Below are positions 12,801 through 24,587 of a stretch of DNA of 64,000 nucleotides, piece after piece; the first letter of the stretch is position 1, and every line of letters begins with the position of its first letter. The translations under genes were made by a program, and so were the position numbers. This stretch comes from Ascidiella aspersa. Its lineage: Eukaryota. A model generated the notes under the pieces. The model was given only the letters and a program-made list of their open reading frames with translations, did not search any database and had not been told where the DNA came from. The stretch spans positions 12,710,001-12,774,000 of the forward strand of contig OZ004610.1 of NCBI GenBank assembly GCA_963924565.1, written 5' to 3'.

Positions 12801-15800
12801 CAAGGATTTTTTCGGAATCCAGTTCAGCTCCGGTTTCGGTTCGGAGGAAATTAAAAGTTCCGGTTCAGCTCCGGTTCGACCATCGCTATTTCAAAACCGG
12901 TTCATAAAGTTCCGGTTCCGATACAATATAATTTGCGTTAAATCTCAAAATGTGGGTCGATAAATGTAGAGAATAATGTTTGAATAGTAAGTCATTTAAC
13001 CTAAGTTACGTGAATTATTAAAAAAACAGCAACTTATTATTAAATATCTAAAAAGTAAAAATTCAACGATTTTTTCATTTAACATTCATATTTATTTTTT
13101 TTTTATTTTTTTTTTTAAATTTCGAACATGGCGTAACTTGACTCTGTAAAATAGAAGTTGTGACGTCATCAGGAGCGAACCGCTTTCATTTACAGGTTCG
13201 GGTTCGATTGCGGTTCAGGTACTTTCAAATTATTCGGTTCAGTCGGCTCCTTAAAATCTTATAAAAACCGGTTCAGGTTCGGTTACGTTTAGGATAAAAT
13301 TGACCCAAAACCGGTTCATAAAGTTCCGGTTCGGTTCCGGTTCGACTCCCTGGTTTTGAAGCCATTTAAATCACGAAACTTGTCGTTTTAAGATATAAAG
13401 TCACAGTCTACACCAGGGGTTATTAACGTTTTTTTATGTTTTATCCTTTTAACAAATATGAATCAAATTTACCCAATATGTAAATTTGTGCCGATTTATT
13501 AAAAAAACGAAAGTAATTATTTACATCAGTTATGACGTAACAATGAAGTAACTAAGAGATAAGGATGTTGTCAATTAACTAAAAAAAGTATCAATTAGCA
13601 AAACATAACTTTACCGACACTAGACGATAAAAAATCAATTTGCCACTAGGCTAACTTGGAATTAGCAGTTAATCTGAACTATAGGAAAGTAGGCCACCGA
13701 CACCTATAACTGGCACAATTATTCTGTTCCGTCAACTGATGTGGATATTTTGATTGACAGCTCATTTACCCCGTAAATCGAGGAAATTTATCCCAGGTTT
13801 AAGAAAGGCTGGTCTACACTGGGTGGGCCAAGTACTATAGTCCCACGAATATATCTTATAAAAGAAAACGTTTTTAGTGACCAACCAATTGGATTTTTTA
13901 TTTAATTGAATTACCCCTAATAAATATTGGATTGTTTTTCTTTTGAAATATATACTTACTGAAAACGTAGGCAAAAACACCGACAGTGATGCAGCAATAT
14001 AATGACAGCCAAAATATGTGCAGCTTGTAGTGGCCTACCATCTTCAGGAAAAATTTCCACCTCTTTTCAAAGCGCGTTTTGTGAACTTGGTGGATTCTTT
14101 CGACTGTGAAACAGTCTCGGTCTGGTGGACACTTTCCATGTACACCAAGCATTTCAGTTTCTGCATGAAAAAAGCGTTTTCGATCAACTGATGTTAGAAT
14201 ACGATGTATATTCCTATTCATACGATGTATATTCCTATTCCAACCAATTTTTAATAAATTATTTGGCGTTGCAAGTAATTCTTACATCTCTTAATTTAAA
14301 AAAAATGAAGTTCATTTCCGAAAGAAAAGTCAGTATTATGAAAGACAACCAACGACACCAAAACAAAAGCTGTTGGTATGAAAAAAACGTAAATAAAGTT
14401 ATTTTCTACAAATCTGTTATCCGTTATGTATAGGCAAACCATTTATTAACCATTTATTGAAAGTCAAGACTACGACATTTTTTGGGTAATTATTTTCAAT
14501 AAACTGTAAAGCGAAAGAATGCGATTTATTAGCCATAGAGCTTTTTGGGGGGATTACGCTAGGAGCATTAAAACTGCGATAATTAAATGGTGTACATAGC
14601 GAACAAAACCCCCCTTAAAGAAGCCCTGGTCATGCAAACCATTAAGCAACTGCAATACTTTCATAAGCACCAAATACACTTGGGAGTACACAACCTTGCA
14701 GTTTAGCATTGTCGAGTTGGATTTCGTGGTGTTTCAAAAAACTTTGAAAATCTTGAAACGCTACATCAATCGGCAAGTCTATTCCAGCTGTTTTAATCAT
14801 ATCCTTAACGACCTTGTCAAGATCTGCGTCGCCAATAATGAAAGCACCAGTAAGAGATGACAACGACCTGCCAAGAGCGTTGGTATAACTTTAAACATAT
14901 TTCATGGAAAAGTTGTTACACAAAGCAAAATAATTTTCCGAATTTTTACACAAACCTACCGTATCATTTCAACGAATGGTGACTCTCTTAGAAAACCACA
15001 ATTTTCCTGGTCGTACAGGTTAAACAGTGCTCTTGATTTTTCTTCACCTTTACCTGTTTGATATAAAGCTGTAATTTAAGTTTTTTTTACAAGGGATGTT
15101 GTGAACTTTTAATTTGTTAAATACGAAAAGCAGTCGTTCTTGCAATAGCACGAAAATTATCGAAATCTCAAAATGTAACCCAACACAGAAAAAAGAGTTA
15201 CGGTACTTAATTATCCACTAGAAAAATCTCTTCTTAAGCGATCGATTAAGAAGAGGTGTTCTTAGAGGATAATTGAGTTATCAACTCGTTGAAAAACTGT
15301 ATACTGCAAGCTGTGCAGTGTGCATGTTTATTCAATGTCAACAAACCTTTGCTGAGAAGCACTAAAAATGGCATTAAATCAGAACATGTAATGGCGTCTT
15401 GTTTGTTGCAGCCGTCAAAGATACGAGAGAGAAAATTAGATTCCGCTCGCACGCCAAAGCAATTTGCGAGGTCGTTTCGAGTAAACTTAAAGTGGCGCAT
15501 CGACTCCGGAAGTTCGTCCACTTTGCTTACACCCTGGTGTATTAACATATTTTTTTACTTAGGCGTAGCTCACTATTCTATTAACTAACAATTTTTTACA
15601 AGATTTTCGGAAACCCTGTGTATTAAAAAGAGAGTAACAAATTTATTGAAATTTAGTAAGGGATAATTTGTACTGATATTTTTGAGAAAATAGGCTTTTT
15701 TTGTTTGCTAAAATAACTCCAAATATATGTCCCAGGTTATATTACAGTTTTCGCTCGTATTGATTTGCCTCAACAATTTTTTTTTTAAATATTCGTTCAT

Positions 15801-18800
15801 TATCCATTCATGCTGTGAAAGTATAAAACGTGGTTTACCCTTATGAGTAATTTTCATTGACCTTTAATTTAGTGCTACTCGGTTACCTCCCCTGCAGTAC
15901 CAGGTCAAAACACGTTCATATTTAGACGTTATACTGTTGAAGTGTTTTGGGGGCGAAGGATTTAAAGACAGTAATTGAACATTTACTTTCTGTTTATTAG
16001 CTATACGTCAACAAAAAACAATTCGGTTGCTCAACACTAACAATACTTACAAAAGAAACGACATTCTCGATAAACTTCATTATTTGGCTTTGAACATCTT
16101 GCTTGGTTCGAGCCTCCCTAAGCAAATCGTATCTGTTCGATCGTTTGGTTTGTAGTATTATCTGATTGTCTCTGCAGTAGCTGGCGAATCTATGACAGAA
16201 AAGCTCGCACCTCTCTCGAGTAGGAAACTTTAATGTCTGTAATGAAGTATTATAAATCTTCTATATAGGAGACATGGTGGGCTATGGTGTCTTTGGGATC
16301 TTAACTTAACCAACGACTATTGCGCAGTTGGTCGTTTTGTGAGGTTATCGTGAATTATGTTGTTATCAAGATTCCCAACTGTTCCAACAGTGAATAGTAT
16401 GAGATGACCGATAATATCGTATCATAGCCGATACCCGATGCTAAAAGGCAGTCTCAGTTACACACTGTGGTTGAAATGCTGGAATTAATATGGTATCTGC
16501 ACTGACACCACACAAGTCTCGGACGAGTACCAACACTAAAACGTTTAGGCTCCGATCGGATATTTTTCTCTAATCGGTAATCATTCAATAGAAGGGTGGT
16601 ATCGGTGCCGATCCTAAACTAAGTTTAGAAAGGCAACAGCCAAGGTCTGCCATCCAACGGAGTGATTTTACATTAAAAGGTAAAAATCGTAGGATAATGA
16701 TCGAAGATAATTATGGAAAATCATACTATGGTTTAACATGCAGAATAACATGGTATTTATATGCTATAAATCAAACAATTTGGCGTTGTAAGTGTTGTAA
16801 TAACGCCAATTATAATAGGATTTGTCGGCCGTAGGTATTTTGTGCCAAAAATACTTAAAATCGGTATCGGAATGTTATACAAAGTATCGCGCAAACCCAA
16901 TGTATTTTGATAAAATGTGACAATTATAAAAGGTTCTGGCATGTGAACGTTACCAAATCATAACTGTCCTTGGGTGTTCTCAACATCGCATGACGCCTCT
17001 TTCCAGTGTCACTGACACAGAACAACAAACCAGCTTCACCATTAAGGTCAATTCTTCTCGAGTTAACTGACATTTTACCTCCATCGTTCAAAGTGATCTG
17101 CAACGTAACAACAAAACAATTGGACGACTCTCTATTTTCCCGGACACATTTCTCCGTATTTTTTACGACACATTCTCCGTATTCCCTTCAGCTACGACAT
17201 ATTCTTGGTCATCCAGCTATATATGTTACTGCTACAGCTAAATTGAATTGCGGTCTTACCTCAACTTTCGACCATTTTTCCTTAGGTTTTAAACCGATCA
17301 GTTCTTTCGCGACCCATTCACTTGTCTTGGACAACTTGATGATGCTTTTTTTTCGTTTAAAGTATTTCACAATTAAAAGCATAACAAAAACCGCCACTAG
17401 ACAAAAAAGATTTGTGAGTAAATGAAATATTTGAGGTATATGATTAGGGAAAGTACGTAGCCTATACGTTTTATTGTAGGCTAATATAATGGATATATGT
17501 TGCTATTTGTCATAATCCTTTCGGTTTCAACTGGTATATATTTGTAAATTTTGCGTAAGAGCCTATTTGATTACCTATGCAAATTAGGCCCAAAACAGCA
17601 AATGTTACAGCAAACGAAACTTTGCTGCGTTCAAAGTAATCTAAGGTTGCCAGCGGAGTGCACTTTTCAGTCATCGTTTCGCTGGACAGCATTTCATCCG
17701 AGCATTTTACTGAAAAAAAATATAGATAAATGATTTCCTAACAAACAATTTGTGCTTCGACAGTTCCTAAATTTGAGGTAAAAATACAAAAAAGGTATAG
17801 TTTTTGCTTTAATAATAGTGCTGTCCTAAAAATAGGAATACGAACGTTTTTATCAGGAGTAGGCGATTATTAAAATTGAGAATGAAGAAAAGGGTTTAAT
17901 CAGAAAGAAAACACTAACCGTAACAATTAAAAGCTACTTTAAATTAAAACATAGGCTACGTCGAGTATCCTTACATTCTGCGTCCCATTGGAATAAGTTG
18001 GACGGTATTTTTGTTGTTCCATTAAGTACGCGAATAAGCACATCGCGGAACGTGGTATTGCTAATATCCTTGATCATATCCAAGTCAAGGTGGCTAAGTT
18101 TAAAATATACCTCAATCAAATCAATTAAAAATATTTTGATCGAATGAGTGTCGCCGTATTTACCCATTTTTGTAGTTCTCAAACCAAAAGCGATCGCCGT
18201 CGCGTAATGCTTGAAATTGGTTTCTCAGAATGATATAAAACAAGTCAGATGGATTAGGACTGTCAACGTTTTCAAGCAAGCCACCGATTAGGATGTCAAC
18301 ATTGTCGTAGTTTGGACTGGAATCGTGAATAACATCCAGGGCTTTTTTCTAAAAAAAACACTCAAATCTTTTAAGATAGAATCTACGCATAGTTATCTTC
18401 CGGGGAAGTTTTCCCCTCCCCCTTTTTAATTGAAAAGTTTTTGCTCATGGGTTCTATTTTACTCGTTCACAAGGCCATTTATTTGTCATTACTTACTTGC
18501 TTGTAAAGCCATCTTATGACAACACTTAAACATTGGACAATTAAATGGTGTAAATATAAGTTTCAAATTGTAACCAGGGCTTGAATATTGCAAAACAGGA
18601 AATGAACAAACCAGAGAATCCGAAAGGTGTTCAAATCTTGTTCGATTAAGGCCTAAGTACTCTCGAGCTGTGTTGTAGTCTGGTAGGCCGTGATCTCGAC
18701 CGGTCTGTTCAAATAAAAAAAATTTCACCATAAATAAAAACTTTCTCCAGGATTGTTTTTTTGTATTATAGTTAAGTTAAAAAACAAAGTATGTAGAGCA

Positions 18801-21800
18801 GACGTGTTTCCAGGATTTTTGTTCGAAGATGGCTATGAAAATTTATTCTTAGATTACGTCACAAAATCACGTCAAAACTTGACGTCATAAAGTAACGTCA
18901 AATTTTGACCTCACACCTAAACGTGGCGTCATAAAGAAGTAACCCTAAGAACTCCACACAGCTCGTTTATTTTGTAAAGTTTTAGGTTTGAGATAGGCTA
19001 CTGTATTTAAAAAAAGCTACATTACAATTTTTTTATTGATTGGGGCAAATCTTAAAAAAACTTTAGAAGTTGATAAAACTTTAATTTTCATGTGTGCAAA
19101 AACACGCACGACGCCAGATTTTATTACAGACCAGAAACATAATGCAGTTTGATAATAAATTGCAAAGCCAAAAAAGGTCGAGTAAATCGACAGCATCTTG
19201 TTTAAGACGTTTCTATACGAGCTTGTATCATCTTCAGTTAATGTGACTGAGAAGCAATTCAAGCATCACTTATAAGAGAATAGACGCAATTGTTATCAGT
19301 CTTGAGTTTCGAAAGTAGGAGCATAATTTAGCACCTTCAAGTGTTGAACAGGTACAGCGGTGTTGATAAGGTTTCCACGTTTAGTTCGACGTTTATTATG
19401 CTCCTACTTTCGAAACTCAGACTGATAACAATTGCGTCCCATCTCTTATAAGTGATGCTTGAATTGCTTCTCAGTCACATTAACTGAAGATGATACAAGC
19501 TCGCATAGAAAGGTCTTAATCAAGATGCTGTCGATTTACTCGACCTTTTTTGGCTTTGCAATTTATTATCAAACTGCATTACAGATCCGTGTATAGTGTA
19601 CCCAAGAAACATAATTAATGATGAGTTAAACCTTGATTCTTAAATTTTAAAAGGAATAAAAATTCTCAACTTAACGTTTTTGGGCAGAATTATAAAAATG
19701 CTAAAATTTTAACTGAGGGGTTGAAATACCTGAATCGACAAAGATACCAAGTCTCGGCGAGAAAATTCCAACGGCCCGTGATAAAAATCTCGTACATCTT
19801 CCGTGATAAAATTGTCTTCCGCCTCAGCCATCTGACTTGCCATTCCAAGCACAATGTTTTCAAGTTTCTTTTCTTTTATAATTTTCTAAAACAAGGAAGT
19901 ACAAACGAACAGTAGTTACTCTTATTATGCCTATTTTAAATACATATTATATTATTCAAGGTAAACAATGAACAAACTTTATATTGCAATACGATTTACC
20001 TCCGATCGCCAGTAACAGTTGCACAGACGCACAGGATGCCCGAATTGGCAATTTCTGCAAAAGGTTTGTGCTATGTCAATAATATGAAGTATGGTCAAAA
20101 ATTTGCAACTTTATATGTAGGCTTTGTTGAATGTAAAAACGTTAGGTAACGGTTGAAAATTAAATATCAAGCTGTACCCTTTCAAGTCGTTCCGCACTTT
20201 AACTCCAGGTGGCAGCATTGTATGCAAATATCGCATGGCGGCGCTTTGGAAGACGTTGCTGATACCAACTGGTGTGGAGGCTTTGTAACCTTTTAAAATA
20301 CACCACTTAAAAGTAAAAGTAAGCAAAACTAACTCAGCCAGGTGGTTAACTTAGTTCAACAACGTTAATTTTATTGTTATATTTTGCTTACCGACGTATG
20401 GAGGAGATGGTTCGCCAAGTAAAATAGGAAGCCAATCGTAGTACGCTATTTTCTATTAAAAAAATAAAATACAAAAAGTTATTGAAATGGACTTAAGGAG
20501 GCACCGCTGGTATTCTAGATAAATAATTTTTTAAATAGAGCCTACTATTGCCACCAGGCGTTTAAAATCTGTTAATAAATCACTTAATTCAATCCTCGTC
20601 TATATCAGAAATAATAGATTGCATAAATGGTAAATTCTTAAAATATCAACCAAACGTCATAAAATAATTCGTTTAAAAGGCACAATTTTCTCAATCTGTT
20701 TTGAACTGCATTACTATTGCGCTATTAAAAGCTCCAGTACGCAAGCAAATTTAACACTAAATATTCTTGTTTTAAAATTGTGTGGTGCTGCGAAATTTGA
20801 AATATCTTCTATGCCACGGTAGCGTTTCTTTTAGCAATATAGTCCTACATTATGTGTGAGTATTTCAGTGTTGTAAACAAGTCATTTAAAAATGACTTAA
20901 GTCCCAGTCAAGTCGTTTGTAAAATAACTTAAGTCCAAGTCAAGTCTTTTTGAATAAATAACAAGTCAAGTCCCAGTCCAAGTCATCAGTTGCGCAAGTC
21001 AAGTCCCAGTCAAGTCATAATTACAGCAAATCAAATTTAAGTCACTTCCTTGTTATAAATATAAAACGTTTTATGAGAAATAACTGAACTAAAACAAAAA
21101 ACACACAGCAAGAAAAATTGCAACACACAGCAAGAAAATTGTTTTATGTGCAAAAATTCGGATAAATAGCTCAATTTTATCAAAAACTCCTAAAGAAAAC
21201 GCTTTATTTCAACCCAAATTATTTGTCCAAAAGACTTAAGTCAAGTCAAGTCATTTGAAAACAGTGACTTAAGTGCAATTAAGTCAAGTCATTGACTTAA
21301 GTCATTACAACACTGGAGTATTTTCGGGTTCGTAAGAAAGCCTAGTGATTCCGATATTTAGCTGACATGATACATCATATGTGAATTTAAGCAAAGAAAC
21401 ATACATGACCATGTTAAGTTTGTTTAAAAATGTTATGAATGAATCTTATTCTCGGTTTTAGTTAATTTGTACCTGATAAGTCGCAACGTTTCGGATCCTC
21501 GCCTCCTGAAACACTTGCTCATCAGACCATTCTTCGTGTAGGCTGCGAACAACCCCCGCCAACCAATTGTGGTGGCGAAACCAAATCACACTGATGGAAA
21601 GGAGAAAGGGGTTTTCGTTGTTCAGCCTACTTCCGGTGGCTAAAGAAAACAACATAAAACGATCATACACGGGACAGGAGATGAAATCCCCTTTAAAAAG
21701 CGTAAAATGTTTTACCAAAAAATCTCCCTGAAGGCTTTATCTTGTGCGATTTGGAAACAGCCGGATTATGGATGGGTAATCCAAATGTGTTCAGTGTGGG

Positions 21801-24587
21801 GAAATTTCCTTTGTCATCGCTTGCAAGTAGTTCTCCTCTGCAGTCCTATAAACAGTTTTTTTATATCGTTCAAAATTTAGGAAACAAATATTGACCTCAC
21901 ATAAATAAAATAAAGTTAGACTTTTGTAGACTATATGGCTGTAATAATTTTCTAGGGTATAGCCCTCCCTGATTTGCAATGCTATACAAATGTTTTCTAT
22001 AGGAGTTCTCTCGGTGAATTACGACCAATCATCGTAATTCTACACAACGTTTAACACGTTTTCCAAACTGAGAGTTGTTAAATAAGTTACATTATGGAAT
22101 CATAAAGCTTTGCAATTACGCCCAACCTGTTTTCCCGTACAGTTTCTGTTTCTTCTTCGCAGCGAGTCGGCCCAAACGCGACCTTGGCCGTATATACTGC
22201 TGCCATCGAAGAACGACGTCACCTCGTTCAGCTGGTTCCTCGGGCTGTTTGGGGAGTAGCCAGAGTTTGATGTATCGTAACGCGATCTCTTGTGCGGAAT
22301 TACGACATTTCCTAAACCTTTGGGGTCAAAAACTGGATCGCCTTTAGGGACCTTGATGTTCATGACTTCTGGTGGGCAACCGTCAAGCTCAGTGCCCACT
22401 ATTTCGTTGAACACGTGCTGGCCTAAACAAGTCAGTTAAGGTTGGATAGTGGACCTTAAACTAATAACCTACCCAGTAGTTCACAGTTCGACAGTAAACA
22501 TCAACGTACAATTGTGCTTTACATAACTACTTTTATGAAAAAAAATTGTTGTTATACTCAATTCTATTCTATTTTGACAGTTCTAGTAAAAACCTATACA
22601 GTGCTCTAAAATATATTAGTTTTGCAAGGTCGACCAGCTTTTTTGATTACAAGGCAAAAAACTCAGAAAGGTGGGCCTTAAAAAAATGATACTTTTGTTT
22701 TAAAAACGTGTAGTTTTTAAGCGTTTAATATAACATCTGTTAATCACGGCTGACCTAGGAAAGCTTATGTGTCTAAATTTTTTAACTCTAAACGCCGCTA
22801 TCAACGATTTCGCTGGAAAGCATATGCTTTTAAAAAAAGGCAATGCCGTTTAGCCTATTTAGTTTATCGTGTAATTTGAATAGTGCCGTTTAACTTTTGA
22901 TGTCATATGCTCATACTTAAGGCCGGATAAAATTTTGCGAAGGGCTATACCAAGTTGGCAAAACTTTCTTTGGCTACAATATTTAGGGCTGCAAATTTTT
23001 TTTTTTAAATCGAACACACTAGATGTAAGCTACCAATAAAATAAAGAATAGTCTTGGGCGCAATTAAAAAAAATGACAGGCAGATTATTTTGCATCGGCT
23101 GGCCGTATTTAATTTTTTGGTTTAACTTCCAAATAACGTAGCCTATTTGTGCAAAGAAACCATGCCCGACTGAACATATAACAGCCAATAGCAAACCGGC
23201 TAATAGCTAGATAAATAAAAACAAAAATGCTGCATATGGCTTAAGACTTTGTTTATTAACTTCAAGTAAAAACATCATGATTACCATAAAACACAAACAG
23301 CGCAGTTTTGTTGTCAAACGATGGGATGCCAGATTTGCCTTTCATCAGGGCGTTGCTAACATCACGGGGGTTTGGCCTATTCCACCCAGACGCCGAATAA
23401 ACGCCATCCTGATAATGAGGCGGCAGCGTTCGAGTGAGTACATTGTCTGTCATGTAAAGAAATTGTCCGTTATCCAACAAATCGGTGGAATTCCCGACGA
23501 ATATCTATCTGAACAGCTGCAATTTCAGACGAAATTTTGACGTCGTGATAAAATACACATCAATACCACGGAACCCTTGACGTTAATCCTTTATTTTTTT
23601 TTCTATTTTAACCATAGGCGTCAAATCTGGTGTAACAATAAGTGGGCAATTAGGCATTTGACTATTAAAGCCTAATTTTATAAATTGTTGGGTCATTTTT
23701 ACGCCTTCTTATTATTCGATGAAAAACAAGTCACCTTAGCAAACGCTAAAGTTAATTTTTAAACTTTTATTTTTTATCGTTGCAAGTTCTTTCCCGGCAA
23801 TAATTATGCTAAGTGGGTAGAGGCGGTGAAAATAAACGATGGGTGGAGTTTTATAGTCTTTATAGGTAACATTTATTTTTAGTGTTTAATGATTTTTTTG
23901 ACGCCATCTATCCACACATTGTGAAGTAGGTCAATAAAACTGCAAAATGTGCTGAATCACCAATATAGGTAACGCAATAAAAATAAAAATGTGTTCATCA
24001 GTTTACATTTTACTATTTTTAGTTTTTTATGGCGTGTGTGAACGGCTTAATTATCGCCAATATACATTTGCATGACTTTATTGGGCTGTCGGGGCGGTAT
24101 ATTAAAGTTTCTTCTTATCAGGCAATTTAATCTCACATCAATACTATTTTTTAAGATTGAAATTTAAATAGATGTTGTGTAAGTTAAAAACTATTTACAT
24201 ATGTCTGACTGTATACATCAATAAATGTTACGGACCTATGCTGTAATATATCGGGGTCCTTCCACAGGAGCAGCTACCCAACATAAACGTGTACTAAGCA
24301 AGCAATGCGGGTTGTAATTGTTCATATTTGTTCATACACGCATGTATATTTAGTAAAGAAAAGGCTTATTGCGATATTTATGCCGCCTTCCGATATAGGC
24401 TACATACCCAGAACAAAGAGGTCACGTACGATTGAATTAAAAACAGGCAAAGCCAGTTCTTGGAATTTGTTCTAGGAATTTCTCATACCTGGACTTCCCC
24501 AAGACGGATTGGCTCGATTGTTGTTCCAACCGTTGTATGAGGGATATTCTTTTGCCGATTTTCCGGCCGTCGAACACGTTATCGCAA
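6875..24587 (-). CDS. DUOX: Dual oxidase (peroxidase-homology domain + TM + EF-hand region + NOX ferric-reductase TM/FAD/NADPH domains); first coding exon not resolved
   Basis: About 28 exons. Peroxidase part: [16 protein letters not shown] (24587-24489), [85 protein letters not shown] part: TM His pairs, [66 protein letters not shown]. Stop TAA at 6877-6875. Confidence 0.95.
7124..7591. mobile_element. hAT (Charlie/Buster-like) MITE
   Basis: TIRs CAGGGGTCGGCAAC / TTTGCCGACCACGG; perfect 8-bp TSD GTCTAGAC (7116-7123, 7592-7599); subterminal GCGGACCGG repeats. Confidence 0.88.
11239..11546. mobile_element. Foldback MITE-like element, TA-flanked, with ~125-bp inverted arms containing tRNA-like sequence
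   Basis: TA|CACCGAAAAGCCATCGCAG...CTGCGATGGCTTTTCGGTG|TA; near-perfect inverted arms; central 2x20-bp repeat GTCGACTCGCTCCTCTCTGA (11359-11398). Lies in a DUOX intron. Confidence 0.8.
11399..11473 (+). tRNA. tRNA-like Pol III unit (pseudo-tRNA/SINE-type head, atypical anticodon arm, nominal anticodon GGC)
   Basis: Acceptor GCCTGCA/TGCAGGC; D arm GCTC-AGTTGGTA-GAGC (A box); CGGTC-CCGGCAT-GACCG; T arm GTGAG-TTCGAAC-ATCAC (B box); T5 terminator 11479-11483. No U33 and extra bases flank the anticodon stem, so unlikely to be a functional tRNA. Confidence 0.6.
12753..13352. mobile_element. hAT-type MITE with GGTTC subterminal repeats
   Basis: Perfect 15-bp TIR CAGGGAGTCGAACCG / CGGTTCGACTCCCTG; perfect 8-bp TSD GTTTTGAA; internal duplication of AAAACCGGTTCATAAAGTTCCGGTTC. 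Confidence 0.9.
19140..19581. repeat. Long inverted repeat (~187-bp arms, ~67-bp spacer) with a hammerhead-like core in each arm
   Basis: TAATGCAGTTTGATAAT...ATTATCAAACTGCATTA. Arms 19140-19327 and 19395-19581 are near-perfect reverse complements. Confidence 0.9.
20866..21315. mobile_element. hAT-type MITE with AAGTC repeats (family copy 1)
   Basis: TIR CAGTGTTGTAA / TTACAACACTG; perfect 8-bp TSD GAGTATTT; dense (C)AAGTC repeats. Confidence 0.9.
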
